Translations under genes and position numbers: made by a program
In this document: one piece after another, positions 41,471 through 54,199 of the stretch
How positions within the stretch are numbered: the first letter of the stretch is position 1
Layout of the letters: the number at the start of each line of letters is the position of its first letter
Origin: Octopus vulgaris
Taxonomy: Eukaryota
Assembly (NCBI GenBank): GCA_951406725.2
Contig: OX597814.1
Location: 52,204,001-52,268,000, forward strand
Length of the DNA stretch: 64,000 nt
Reading direction: 5' to 3'
Notes under the pieces: model-generated
Seen by the model: the letters and a program-made list of their open reading frames with translations, nothing else
What the model was told of the DNA's origin: nothing
Database searches by the model: none

Positions 41471-43744
41471 ATATGCAAGTTATACACACACAGAGTAAAC
41501 TCCCTCTTATCCAGTACAGACATAACGAGAACTTTCAAGCAACCAGCAAACCAACATTCAGAAAAAAAAATTAGAACCATGGAAATTTTTGCTAATTTGT
41601 GTTGGTATTAAAAGAAAAAGTTACTTCTGTATCTGAAACAGAACCTTACTTCTCGAAGTACAGTATTTTATTTTACTGAATTTACAGTAATTGACAGGCA
41701 GGTAGACAGAGATATTCATATATATGCACTATCGAGCGTGTGTGTATGTGCGAATCCGCAAGTGTTTAGGGATAATGAAATTTGTTTGGACTGTGATTCA
41801 AATCTTACCTTTGAAATATGGAAGGATTGTATCAGATGTGGAAACAGAGTACTAGTAAAATGCACTTGAAATACTTTTATGTTTGTTTTTTATCATTGCA
41901 CAGCCATGCTAGTTGCAATCAGCTACCATGATTTTGGTGATGCTGTAAATCAGTGGGTAGTAGTGTATTTATTTCATAAGAATTTTAATCATAACTGTGG
42001 AGGGTATCTGGAATCATTTGTGTGTGGGAGAGAGGGAGAGAGAGAGAGGAGGGGAGAGAGGGAGAGAGAGAGAAACCGCTGTCTTTTGCTTGCACTTTAA
42101 TTTGGTCAGAAGGGAAGGGGACCGTAGAACTACTGTTTCACATTTCATATGATTAGAATCAGAAATGAAGCTAATTATGCTGTTTTTAATGAAACGAATT
42201 ATCGTTACATTTTCTTTTCCAATAGCAAATTTAACGGAGAAATCGTGCTGTTACAGTGGGCGATTTAGGTCTATGAAACAAGAACAGGCTTCCACTGTTA
42301 CCAAATTTAACTAAACACGGCTTTAATCAAACAGAGGCTACAGTAGAAGTCACTTGTCCGAGGTGCAGCACAAATGTACCGAACCAGAAATCATTTAGTT
42401 GCGAAATGAATCTCTTAGCTACACAACCCCTGTCTACGCCTAATAGGCTTGAGAAAGGAGGGGGCGTATTTGATAACTCAAGAAAATAGTGGGACGGTCT
42501 TATCAGGAAAGCCTTTCGTCATACGTCTATTGTCACAGCTATACTCGAGCTTTTAAAGAATGTGTATACATTTTTCAAAGCTTTTAGATAAATACTGGAT
42601 TCCATCATAAATGCAAGAACCACAGTATATTTTAAATTACCTTGTGCCCAGCTGCTTTCAATTTAAGCTTTTCGTTAATTTCGAGCTTGAAACTAAAATC
42701 TCACTAAGAACAAAATGGTGCTAAATCATACACCTCAAACAAAATGCCGTTTTTTTTTTGTTTTTTTTTTTTTAAGTGAAGAAATGATGGGAGGTGGGGG
42801 AACAAGTCATAAAAAGAACAATGTATTCAAATTATATAAAATATTTTGTAGAGAATGTTAAAATGCTTATAAAAATTAAATAAAAGTGAAAACTATTAAA
42901 AAATAAAAATACAAACATAGATAATTAAATAATACTTATAACTCTAGCAAGAGTTATAAAGTTATTAGTCGTCCTAAAAGTACTATCCAATAATATTTGA
43001 GAAAATCGCTTATTTGAATCTGCAGCATTTCAACAGTTAACTGCCCTTGGAATTTTGACGCTTTAAGTATTCCTTAATAACTTGGTTCAACATAGAAATG
43101 CAGTAGTAATATCATGAACGAAAATTTTTCCAAGTATTCTACCTTCTTTCTGTTTCATATGTAGTAAAAATTATATCAATTATACTAACAGATTTTCAGT
43201 TATTGCCCAATGCAATGTGAAACCGATAATTAAGAAGCAAGAAAATACTTATTTTTGGAATAATTCAGAATATAGCTGCGAAAATGTCCCTATTAATTCT
43301 ACCTTAATTAATTAAAATAGATACGAACGATCTAAGATAATGAAACTAAATGCAAATAAAGCGAAACTGTTCATGAGTTATTCAAAAGTGATGTTGCAGA
43401 CATTTATTTTTTAATAATCAATGGATTGAGGTCAACAGAAAATTAAATATGTCAGACTTATTGTCATAATTAAGCAACACTTTCATTATTACATCTGTTG
43501 CAGATGAAAAAATTAATGTTATAATATACCATAAAAATGAAGTAATTATCTAAAAACTATCGAAAGGGAGGCTAATTTCATAGAGTATAAGCCATTCTAA
43601 ATAATCGAGATTTCATCGTTTATTCAGTCAGTAGTGTAAGTAAACGTGAGTGAAAAGGGCGTGAGAAAACGAAGTTTACGAAGAAAATCTGAAGTAATTC
43701 AATCATAAGTGGTTTATTAAACTACATTTCAATGGTAATTACAT

Positions 43745-43780
<36 letters not shown>

Positions 43781-45205
43781 TTCATATTTTCACAAATGAA
43801 AGCAGTCATGTTTTAAATTTTTTCTTGAGGAATATTAAAATTATTCGCTGAAAAGAAATGACTGAAGTTGAGACACGAATAAATTTAGTTTAAAATAAAC
43901 ATCTTTAACGGATTAGCAAGTACGTAAAATATTGAAATCGTAACTCCTTCCTACAAAAAAATTACCCTTCATAAAATTTTTAAAAAACTCTGATTCGGCC
44001 AACTTACAGGACACCATTCATTACTAACAGCAAAAAAAAAAAATGGAATATTTATAATCGAACAGATTTTTTATTTCAAGTGAATTACGTATAATGTACA
44101 TTGGTTTCTTCGACATGGGTTCATTTATTAAAAATCCCCAAGATTGGGCAGAAAATGGAGCATTTTAAACACGTCATGACAGTCAGTCACCACTGTCAAA
44201 ACATTTAAGAATTTTAAAAAAACAAAAAGGAATTAAATTATTCTTTAGACAAAAGGAATAATTCACTTTCATGTTAAAATATTTAGACTGATGATAGATG
44301 TCAAAATGAATTTGATGAAACCGTTGTGATTATGTACAATTAAGATGTCAAATGAACTGAAACTGGATGTTCAAAAAAGAAATGTTTAATTTTTCTCGAA
44401 GATTAATTCACTAACACCTAATTGTAAACTAATATACAAATGAATAAAAATTGAATTTAAAAAATAAAGCAGCTTAAAATGCATTGTAACTGTGATATTT
44501 TCAAGCATTTTAATTGAAAATAGCTTTAAATTTCATTTTACATTCTTGCTCAGATATTGCAACAAGTGAGTTAGTTCCTCAAGAATGATTCTAAATTTCG
44601 AGTCCATTTTCAGATTATGTCGAAAAGGATAGAAATATTTAGTAGTTTGCTAAAATGTATAATGACAAATATATCTCACGGGAGAATGCTGACAAAATGA
44701 CAGTTGGCAAAAATTTGGATATAAGAAAATCTTAACAGTTTTTAAATAATTACTTAAATTATTATTGATATGATCACATGGTTGCCACCATAGAATTAAG
44801 ATATTAGAAATGCCTAAGGTTGAATATCTTTCAAAATCGCAAAGAAAAAAAAATCATAGCATTTAGAAAAGTATTTGACGATTAGTAGAGCGAATTTCAA
44901 GAGCTAGAATGCAGTGAGGGAGATGACAGTTGATGGTGTAAGTGAAAGATGAAAAATGAAAGCTCTTAGGTAAAAACGAAAGCTTCGCATAAGATTCTAA
45001 GTATGCGGTGGGCACAATTTCAGGGACCGAAATAACAGATGCTGACCGTTATAAAACAGGTAAAACACTCAGCATCTTTTCGTACATGCTCGTTTTCTTT
45101 TTGACAGCGTTTTCGACTAAATTATGATACATACAGTGGCAGTTGTTGATTTATACTACATTCTAAACAAACAATAAACGCAATATTTAAAAAGAATATA
45201 CTTAC

Positions 45206-45573
45206 CCTAAGACATATGTAGGGTAATTTTTATCCTTACTTTTCCAAGGAATTAGAGCGCCATCTTTTCCAAGTAAATGCTTTACTGAGGAATGATTCAA
45301 GCCATACGTACTGGCACGATTTTCACGCTTGCGTTTCAATTGATTTTGTTGATTTAAAACATTATGGTCACCATTCGTTTGTGTATTCTTTCCATCGAGT
45401 ATATTAATATAATCCAAAGATATACATTCTTGAGATTTTTGGTCCGAATTTACCAAGTTACTGTTATTGAGGTACATGCTGTCCACGCCTAGTTGCGCCT
45501 CCCAAATTTTAGTCCAAAGAGTATGGGCTCGTCCAAGATGCTCCGGTGGAAACCAAGCAGTTCTTGGATCCAT
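45206..45573 (-). CDS. TENT4B: Terminal nucleotidyltransferase 4 (TENT4/PAPD5/PAPD7, Trf4-like non-canonical poly(A) polymerase), coding exon 1
   Basis: Translates MDPRTAWFPPEHLGRAHTLWTKIWE...KRKRENRASTYGLN...PWKSKDKNYPTYVLG. This matches the metazoan TENT4 N-terminal motifs (MDPRxAW..PE..G....LW..IWE; KRKRxNxASTYGLN; PWK..NY). It ends at donor GG|gtaagt (45205), phase 2. Invertebrates usually have a single TENT4A/B co-ortholog. Confidence 0.93.
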
Positions 45574-45800
45574 ATACCTGCGAAAAAGAGGCCTTCCTCG
45601 TCTGGTTCAGTTTATTTTTTATTTTCCTTTTTTAAATCTCTCTTAGATTAACCAGACTCTGGCGGTGACCTTTTTCAAGCGAGGTTAGAAAGTCGGTGGC
45701 CGACTACTTTTCAAATTTTTCAATGATGAAGAAAGTAGTGCGCATGTGCCACTGTCCATAGTTTAATCGAAAGAATGGAATAACATTGCGGAATTCGAAA
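45574..45800 (-). promoter_or_regulatory. Probable 5'UTR/proximal promoter of TENT4
   Basis: Locally CpG-rich. Contains NRF1/EWG-like TGCGCATGTGC at 45739-45749 and a small inverted repeat AGTCGG-TGG-CCGACT at 45691-45705. The TSS cannot be determined. Confidence 0.5.
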
Positions 45801-46153
45801 AACGAAACCTTTTTTAAATACTTTTGATTTAAAAAGAAATCGTTTCTATTTTCTAGACTTATTTTATTCTAACTTGAATTTTTTTTATTTTTTGACATGT
45901 TTATAATAAAAATAGCATAACATAAAATATCAAATTTCTCCTAAAAGTGTACCAATCTATATATATCTGCAAATATTAGTAGTAGTGGTGGTGGTGGAGA
46001 TAAACGATAAAAAGACAGATTGGAAGATGAGGAAAATTCTGTGGTCGCTTAGTAGGGCTTCAAACATAATATATCGTTAGTTTTTTCATATATTATGTTA
46101 TGTTAGCATATGTTTATATTATAATTAATTATAAAACTCCACACAATTCCATG

Positions 46154-46215
<62 letters not shown>

Positions 46216-47339
46216 ACATATATTATCATATATTTATATTATTATCAGATATTTATATTGCTATCATATTAACAGGCTCCACACAACTGTATCACATGCG
46301 TGGATTAAACGTTGTTGTCTAGGGGTTTTAACGTCAGAACATGTATTCTATATTATATTCCTTCTATATCAGTTACATTACGCAATCGAATATTTGTGAT
46401 AAAAAATTGCAACATGTTAATGCCTGGCTCCTTACTTTCTTTCGCTTTATGAGTAAAGTTTGGTTTGTTGTTGCTATGACATGATTTATGCGACCTGGAA
46501 TATTTTCTGACGCTAATTATTACTTAGATAATCTATGAACATTTTTTTTTAATCCGTTGAAGAATGTGTAAATGATAATTTTTTTTTTATTTATTCTATA
46601 ACGAAAGTAACTCGTATTTTGACATTTGAACGTAGCACTCCGAATTCGTAAAACGTTACTCCCAAAGCCAGATTAGCCTAACAATAAAATTGCATTTGGT
46701 ACAGGTCTCGCGTTTCCAGAGACTGGCGTTAATAGCTCTCAGTTCTGATCCGATCTGGATCTTTTCTAAAAGAAGGTCAGATTTTTCTAGTTAACTAAAC
46801 AATTTGAAACTTCGTATACTGGTAGAATGTCAAAAGAAAACATAATTGTAAACCAAAAGGAAAACGGAATTGTAATTTCTAAGTTTAACGTTGTTTAATA
46901 ATTCGAATTTTAACCAATGGTATTCTTTGTTTCGAGCTCATATCATTTACTGCCTCTCAAAATATTGTTACTGTGACGTAAACAACTATTTTGTGACGTA
47001 GTTAACGTAAACATGTAAATAGCTAAAATGTAAACATCCGCTTATCGTAAACAGCTAAATTCGCTTGGCATCGTACACAGCTTTTTCAGTTCCCTAGAAT
47101 TATATTTGAAACAAAATAAAAAGAAAAAGATTCATATGCATAAATATCCATCCTTAGACATCAGAAAGATAAGAAATGCAACAAAAATTTTAAATACCGG
47201 ATCTTTACCTTTTGACCTACAGATTTAAAAAATAATTTTTTCTAACTAAACACTTTCAAACTTCGTGGAGTATATATAAAATTTGTGTAGATCCTAAATA
47301 GCTAATTTCTTTTTGAAAGTCTGAGTATATATAAAATGA

Positions 47340-49420
47340 TGCCCAGAAGACGACCAGAATGGAGGAGAAGGGTCTAGAAGCTTAAGGATCCTGCAAAAAG
47401 AGATTGAGAGACATATTACTCAAAGCTGTGGAAGACAACTGGAGGTTTCTACAGGACAACCTTTTGATGGCTAGTGACCAGATCTGTGGATGGTGCAAAG
47501 TTTCCTCTCAACCCAAGGTAACGTGGTGGTGGAACAATGTTGTTGACAGGGCTAGTAAGGAAAAGAAACAGGCTTTGAAGGACTGGAAGACCGGTGATAG
47601 CAGGGAATTGTATCAGACTACCAAAAGAGAAGCTAGGAGATAGGTTTATTTGGCCAGAGGGGAAGCAGATAAGGAAAAATTTGCCAATGTTCTGCGCCGT
47701 GATGACCAAAGACTTGAAGTATTTTCCTGTTGCCAGACAGTGTGTGAGAGAGAATCGAGATGTCCTAGGAGAGAAATGTGTCCTCATGGGTGACGGTTCA
47801 CTTGCTTTAAACGAAGCTGCAAAGAGACAGGTTTGGAGACGCCATTATGAAAGTTTGCTAAATAAAGTGAATGAATGTGAGAAAGAGAGTCTGCCGAATG
47901 CCGGCCCAACAGAGGGACCAGCTATCTATCTAAATTGACAGTGCCTTGGTAGGTAAAGCAATTAAGGGTATGAAGACAGGGAAAGCCCCCGGACAATCAA
48001 GAATCACCACAGAGATGCTCAAAATATCTGGCGGTGTCAGCTATAGCCTAGTCAACCAGGTGATACATGAAGGAGTCATACCCAATGACTGGTGTAGCAG
48101 CACCATAGTCAACTGCTAACAAAGGTAAAGGTGATGCATTAGATACAAATAATTACAGAGGTATCAAGTTGTTGGATCAGGTAATGAAAGTCACGGAGAG
48201 GGTCATAGCCCAAGTAATTAGGGAGAGAGGCAGTCTAGATGAGATGCAGTTTTGGTTCGTGCCAGGGGAAAGCACCACTGATGCTATATTTCTGATAAGA
48301 CAGATGCAGGAGAAATAGCTAGTCCAAGATAAAACTCTGTACCTGGCTTTCATTGACAGGGTCCCCCAATCCCCTATCTGGTGGTCAATGAGGAGACTAG
48401 GGATGGATGAATGTTTATTGAGAGCTGTACAAGCCATGTACAGTAAGGTGACGGTTGGCAACGAGTACAGTGAAGAATATCGGGTAGGGGTAAGGGTCAA
48501 CCTAAGATCAGTCCTCAGCCCTCTCTTATTCATTATAGTTCTCCAGGCAATAACAGAGGAATTCAAGACAGGCTGCTCCTCTATGCTGATGACCTTGCAC
48601 TAATAGCAGAGTCACTGCCGGAACTGGAGCCAAAGGTTAGGGCATGGAAGCAAAGTCTAGAATTGAATGGCCTTAGGGTTAACCTAGCCAAAACCAAAGT
48701 TTTAGTTAGTGTGCAGGCTCTCAAATCACAAACTTCTCTGTAGAAAAGGCATTGGTAGAAACTCCATACGATGCACCCGGTGTAAGCTATGGACACATAA
48801 AAGGTGCAGCAATATCAAAGGAAGGTTAACTGGGAAAATTATTTCTTGTGTGTGGCAGATGCAGTGGGGCAATAAACACTGTAGGTGTTCAGAAAACAGC
48901 TTCCATTACATGCCTGGGGAAGAAACTAGAAGTAGTAAACACTTTCTACTACCTAGGCGACCAAGTATGTAGTGGGAGTGATTGCTCTGCGAGTGTAGCA
49001 ACTAGAGTAATAATAGGCTGGGCAAATACAGGGAGCTCCTACCTCTGCTGACAGCTAATGGCCCCTCACTCAGAGGGAAAGATGGACTGTATGATGCATG
49101 TGTGTGAACTGCCATGCTATACGGTAGTGAAACATGGGCCATGAATGCCGAGGACATGCGTAAGCTTGCGGTATGCTTGAGTCAAGTAAAACCAATACCG
49201 TAGCTGGGGGCCGGTGACCCGCTAGCTGGCACCTGTGCCGATGGGACATAAAGAACACCCACTACACTCTCAGAATAGTTGGCGTTAGGAAGGGCATTTA
49301 GCTGTAGAAATTATGCTAGACTAGATTGGAGCCTGTTGCAGCAGCTGGCTCTCCAAGATTTCAGTCAAACTGTCCAACCCATGCCATCATGGAAAACGGA
49401 CGTTAATCGATGATGACGAC
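47340..49420 (+). mobile_element. RTE-clade LINE, 5'-truncated degenerate RT plus 3' tail
   Basis: TWWWNNVVD, MKTGKAPG, NYRGIKLLD, STTDAIF, SVLSPLLFII, LLYADD, a Cys-rich insert, LYGSETWA, then the family-B tail. Confidence 0.92.
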
Positions 49421-49449
49421 AACAATATTAGTAACAAAGTTGGGTGCAG

Positions 49450-49644
49450 GCAAGCGATTTGTAGTAGAGAGCAATAGCGTTTGGAGCAAGCAAAGAGTTG
49501 GCGGCCAGCGACAGGCGGTGCGATCGATCGAAAAGCTGTCATCTCGGCAGCGATATTGCCCGCGGGTGTGTGTCCGGTAGCATACGTAACACACGGATGT
49601 ATCGCGTTTATGCACGCGGCTATTGCTCTCTAATAATTGCTTGC
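49450..49644. repeat. CpG-rich element bounded by inverted repeats (unclassified MITE or hairpin)
   Basis: TAGAGAGCAATAGC (49465-49478) and GCTATTGCTCTCTA (49619-49632) form a perfect 14-bp IR, extended by GCAAGC/GCTTGC. Confidence 0.6.
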
Positions 49645-49961
49645 TTTTTATTTACTTAATGCATTCTTCACTTCTGTCTATCACCGCCTTAGCTATCATA
49701 AACAAACACAAGTTCATGTATGATATTAATCTTTCTTCTACTTCAATTATTACATGGTTTTCTCTTATAAAAATACACACATACAGGAGAAGTAAATTAT
49801 ACATATAATACTTTAAATGTGGCTCTCGATAAACAGTCAAAGTAATTACCTGATCAACAATGGGTTTTACTGCTAGTATATATGTATACTAACAGTATAC
49901 AGGTGACCAAATCTGATTTTCTACCTTGCAGTGAAGCAGATTCACTGTTTCAAAAATATCT

Positions 49962-50191
49962 GTTTCTTTATTACCCACAAGGGGCTAAACATAGAGGGGA
50001 CAAACAAGGACAGACAAACAGATTAAGTGGATTACATCGACCCCAGTGCTTAACTGGTACTTAATTTATCGACCCCGAAAGGATGAAAGGCAAAGTCGAC
50101 CTCGGCGTGATTTGAACTCTGAACGTAACGGCAGACGAAATACGGCTACGCATTTCGCCCGGCGTGCTAACATTTCTGCCAGCTCGCCACC
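49962..50191 (-). mobile_element. tRNA-head SINE family D (young)
   Basis: GGTGGCGAGCTGGCAGAAATGTTAGCAC...GAGTTCAAATC head and central GCCTTTCATCCTTTCGGGGTCGATAAATTAAGTACCAG, which resembles the Meta-type conserved SINE domain as I recall it. Confidence 0.8.
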
Positions 50192-50199
50192 TTTTTTAA

Positions 50200-51751
50200 A
50201 AATATCACTGTTTTTAAAATATCACTCAAGTATAATATTTTTTTTAAACTCAGAAAGTCTTTCCAAAATTTTCTTAGCTGTATCAGCTTGTCTTGGAGTT
50301 GTAATGAGTCATCTGACTCTTGAACATGAAAAAGTGGATTAATGGCTCCCACAAATTCACTAGTCTTTTAAGGCTCAGGCCTTTTGACCCATCTTACTTC
50401 TGTGTGAAGCAATAGGGTTTTAAAATCTTCATCTTCACAGAATTGCATAAAAAATCTATTATTCACAGAGTTTGATTTGACAATGTTATTTGTATGTATG
50501 GAAGTGTTGAGTGCATTTTCCATGTGTCCTCCAATATTCTTAGGAACCACATGCTGTCTGTGGATAATGCAACGTATATTTAAAATGTGAGGAGCAACTG
50601 ATTTCATTCTAGAAACAAAGCCTTTCACTTTTCCAGTCATGGCTGCAGCTCCATCTGATGCAGTGTTGATCAAATTAGTCGATGGAATATTTTTATCATT
50701 AAAATACTGCATTACTTCATTGAATATATCTTCTCCATTAGCTGTTTCAAAAAAAACTTTTAATGAATAACATTTCTTCCCTTATATCATCTTCATGATT
50801 GAATCTGACATAGACCAGAAGGATAACTTGGTTATGAATTGTGCTATCATCAACCTGGATAGAAAAATTGGTCGTTTGGAGAATTTCCACAATCTTCTTT
50901 CTCCTCAACAAAATTAGACATTTCATCCTGTCTTCTTGTAATTGTGTTATTTGAAAGGGGAATTGTACTCAGAGTAGGTTCAGCATCTTTTCCCAGAACC
51001 TCATTTGCACAAGCTATCATAGCAGGCTTGACAAGATTCTCACCTTAAATCTGAGGTGCTGCAACCTTGGCAATAATTTCAGAAACCAAATAACTTGGTT
51101 TGAGTGTCTTTACTTTTTCAATATTTATCTTCTTTACAAAGTCAGGTAGTTTGATTAGCTGTATTTTCTTTTTATTCTCAAAATATTCCTGACCTTTACC
51201 AACAGATGATGGATGCCTTAATTTCTGGTGCTGCTCCAGCTTAACTTTCTTCATGGAATAATTTGTCATGATGGCATTACATTCAAGATACATAGGTTTT
51301 GAGTCTACAGATACAAAACCAAACACAATAAAATCTTCTTTGTATTTCTTCAGTTTTGCCTTTTTAGCAGTTGGTTCAGATATTATTACAACTGATCATA
51401 AAAAAATAATAATAATAAATATTTTATTTCTATAAATTTAAAGTAAGAAATTTATTATTAAACAATATTATGTAGTGATCTATTAAAAATATCGAATTTA
51501 TTATGAAACTGTTGTGATTATAAAATTTAAATTATGTAATTCTTGATTGTAATATATTATTGATTATATATTATACATTATTGATTCTTATGGAATAATT
51601 ATTGAATTTTGTTTTCTTATTATTATTCTGTCTTCATATAAATTATTATTAACTAACAGTGTCTTTATTATCAAACAATATTGTGTAGATCTGAAATGGC
51701 TTCAATTTTTTACGGCTACGAATTCTCTGGGGACCACATTGGGAATCACTG
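50200..51751 (-). mobile_element. hAT Buster/Charlie (ZBED8/FAM200-like) transposon relic
   Basis: TIR CAGTGATTCCCAA at 51751; BED-like KKYKEDFIVFGF..KP..LEC..MK..KLEQH...HP; FSIQVDDST; ASDGAAAMTG; CIIHRQ; LLLHTEVRW. Frameshifted; the left boundary is uncertain. Confidence 0.88.
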
Positions 51752-52034
51752 CTTTAAACAATACTGGATGAAATGAATATTGAAATTATTTACAAATTTT
51801 GTTAGTACATGAAACATGTTATAATTTACAAGTTCCAGTAGAATATGTGACAAAGATAATATTCCTAGCTGAACTTATCCCCTTTAATTTTCTTGTACCA
51901 GAAACTTCCAACCCCAGTCAATATTAACACCAGATAACTTACACAGGACATTTTCATAATAAAGAAGAAAAAATTAAAAGGCTTTGATCTTTTTTCTTTT
52001 AAACAAAAGAATTTTGATAAAAATATATATAAAG

Positions 52035-52220
52035 GATAGCTTTGTGGTTGAAAAATTTGCTTCACACCCATGGGTTTCTGGGTTCAATTCTGCTGTGTGG
52101 TATATTGGGTAAGTGTCTTTTACTGTAGTCTTAGGTTGATCAATGTCATGTGAGTCAAATTGGGAGAATGATTCTATGAAGAAGCCCGCAAGATGTGTTT
52201 GTGTGTATGTATGTGTGTTC
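52035..52220 (+). mobile_element. SINE family A, 5' half, diverged
   Basis: gctttgtggttgaaaaatttgctt...ggttcaattc...ttgggtaagtgtctt...gaagaagccc. Confidence 0.65.
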
Positions 52221-52844
52221 ATTTACATGTTTACTGCTCTAGTATACTAGGCTATCAAAGGTTACTTTCAATGAACAGGCATCGTTAAAATGGGACCCTG
52301 CCCTATGTTTGAAATTATCTCTAATATTGATAGGGTCAATGAAAGACACCCAAAGACAGTGCCTGAGCATGGTCATAGCACACTGACTGAAATTAATAAA
52401 AGAAGAAACAATTCTAGGTTTCAAAACATTTTTTAATGATAAACATCCAAATGTAAAGACAATGTTAAATGATTTTTCTCGGTGTAAATGTATGCATACA
52501 TGCATAAATGGAATTTCCTTCTAAGTAGAAGTTCACCCGAAACAAAAGTCATGGAAATTATTAGGATGAATATTCTTTGGGTGGAAGATCAGAATAAACA
52601 AAATAATGCAAGTGAATGTGTCATGTAAAGTGGGATGGGTGGGTTGGTGAGGTGCACAGCTGCCTTCAGAGACAACAGTAAAAAATCTTTGGTTTCATAA
52701 TGGTTGAATCATTTGCCCAAAACAATGAGATTTTTGTTTCTTTTTTAAGACATGTAATAGTAGACATGTAGTGGGGGAATATTTATATTGATAGGAATCA
52801 TTAATTAACAAGAAAATAATTATACATACATATATATATATGTA

Positions 52845-53242
52845 CTAGCAGTATTGCCCGGCGTTGCTCGGGTTTGTAAGGGAAATAACTATATAAGCAT
52901 TTTTAGAGATGTAAAGTATAATAGCCATCTCAATATGGCTAACCACAAAGGTGGGGGGTGTTACTGTAGCTTTTTACGTTCTGAGATTTAATAATAAATT
53001 TTTAGAGAGTTACTTCCCTTATATATGCCAAAAATGCATTAAAAATGGGAAAAATTGAAGGTAAATTTTTTTTTAAATCGTAGCCTCATCATAGACGCAA
53101 ACTTATACCCAGAAGGGCTCGATATGAATCACGACTATAAGATACCCGGTTTCGGTTAAACTGCACCGCAAAATGTGGGTGTAGTTAGGAATCTAAATCG
53201 TAGGAGACAGACAGCACACAACCTCACTTTTATATATAAAGA
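52845..53242 (-). mobile_element. Complete non-autonomous Helitron (398 bp)
   Basis: On the minus strand: A|TC TTTATATATAAAAGTGAGG..CTGTCTGTCT ... subterminal hairpin CCCGAGCAACGCCGGG (52857-52872) ... CTAG|T. Confidence 0.85.
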
Positions 53243-53464
53243 TATATGCTTTTCTCGGACTATCTTTTTCCTTCTCTCCAGTCATTTTCCGCTTTCCTTT
53301 CTGACAAAGAACCATACTTGAAATGTCACACCTCCATCTTTTTTCCATCTTACTTTCTCTGAGCATCAATCTCATATATTCGCTGTGTACATCCTTTTGA
53401 ATTTTGTTGTTTTTCCTATTTTTGTTTTTTACTTGCCTACATATATATATATATATATATATAT

Positions 53465-53858
53465 CAGCCTAACCCACAACCCACCCTTGCTTTCCCCACT
53501 CTCACCTGTCTCTCCACACCACACCACCATGCACAGACTAGCACTGACTACTTCCCAGCACCCACACCATCATCTACACACCCATATATGCTCTCATATA
53601 CACACGCACGTGCACCTTCATTTTGGGATCACCACTACTTTATTATCTTCCCTTCTTCCTAGCTCTCTTGTGTGACCCCTTTGTCCGGCATTTGCCATGA
53701 TAGATCGCTAGCCACTACACTGTATTTTCTCTCCGTTTCTTTCTGTGGAAGAACGTAGGCTCTAAATATTAAAGACTTTTTCACTTCCCGAGCATTAAAC
53801 TAATACATCTGTTGTCTACACCACCTGACTTCGTCTTTTGTTTTTTTGTGAATTCTCC
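53465..53858 (+). mobile_element. Penelope-type terminal repeat (same family as 33617-33760 and 57046-57099)
   Basis: ttctgtggaagaacgtaggctctaaatattaaagact...ctaataca..tgttg..tacaccacctg.cttcgtcttttgttt, matching the 33.6-kb element. Confidence 0.6.
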
Positions 53859-53893
<35 letters not shown>

Positions 53894-54199
53894 TACACAT
53901 ATGTATATATTGTGTGTACAGTTTGATGCACAACTGCTACTGTTGAGTTTCAAACTCCATGCAGAATATCAGCATCCAATCTGCTTCCAGTACAGTGGTG
54001 TGTTTACTACTATACTTAGTAGTGTTACTGAACATATATAAAATAATGCAATAAAGTGTTGTCTTGATGATATACTGTGGTGTTCAGTAACCAACTGCAC
54101 TTGGAACATTTAGTGCAAAGGTTAAAAATTTGAAAATAACCACAACTGAAATGTATGGAGAAAACAAACTTGCATTTAATCATTTCTCCAGCATATATA

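Noticed and set aside
50368-51326. Domesticated ZBED8/FAM200-like host gene
   Set aside because: It has frameshifts and stops, a SINE insertion nearby and a retained TIR, so it is a dead hAT copy.
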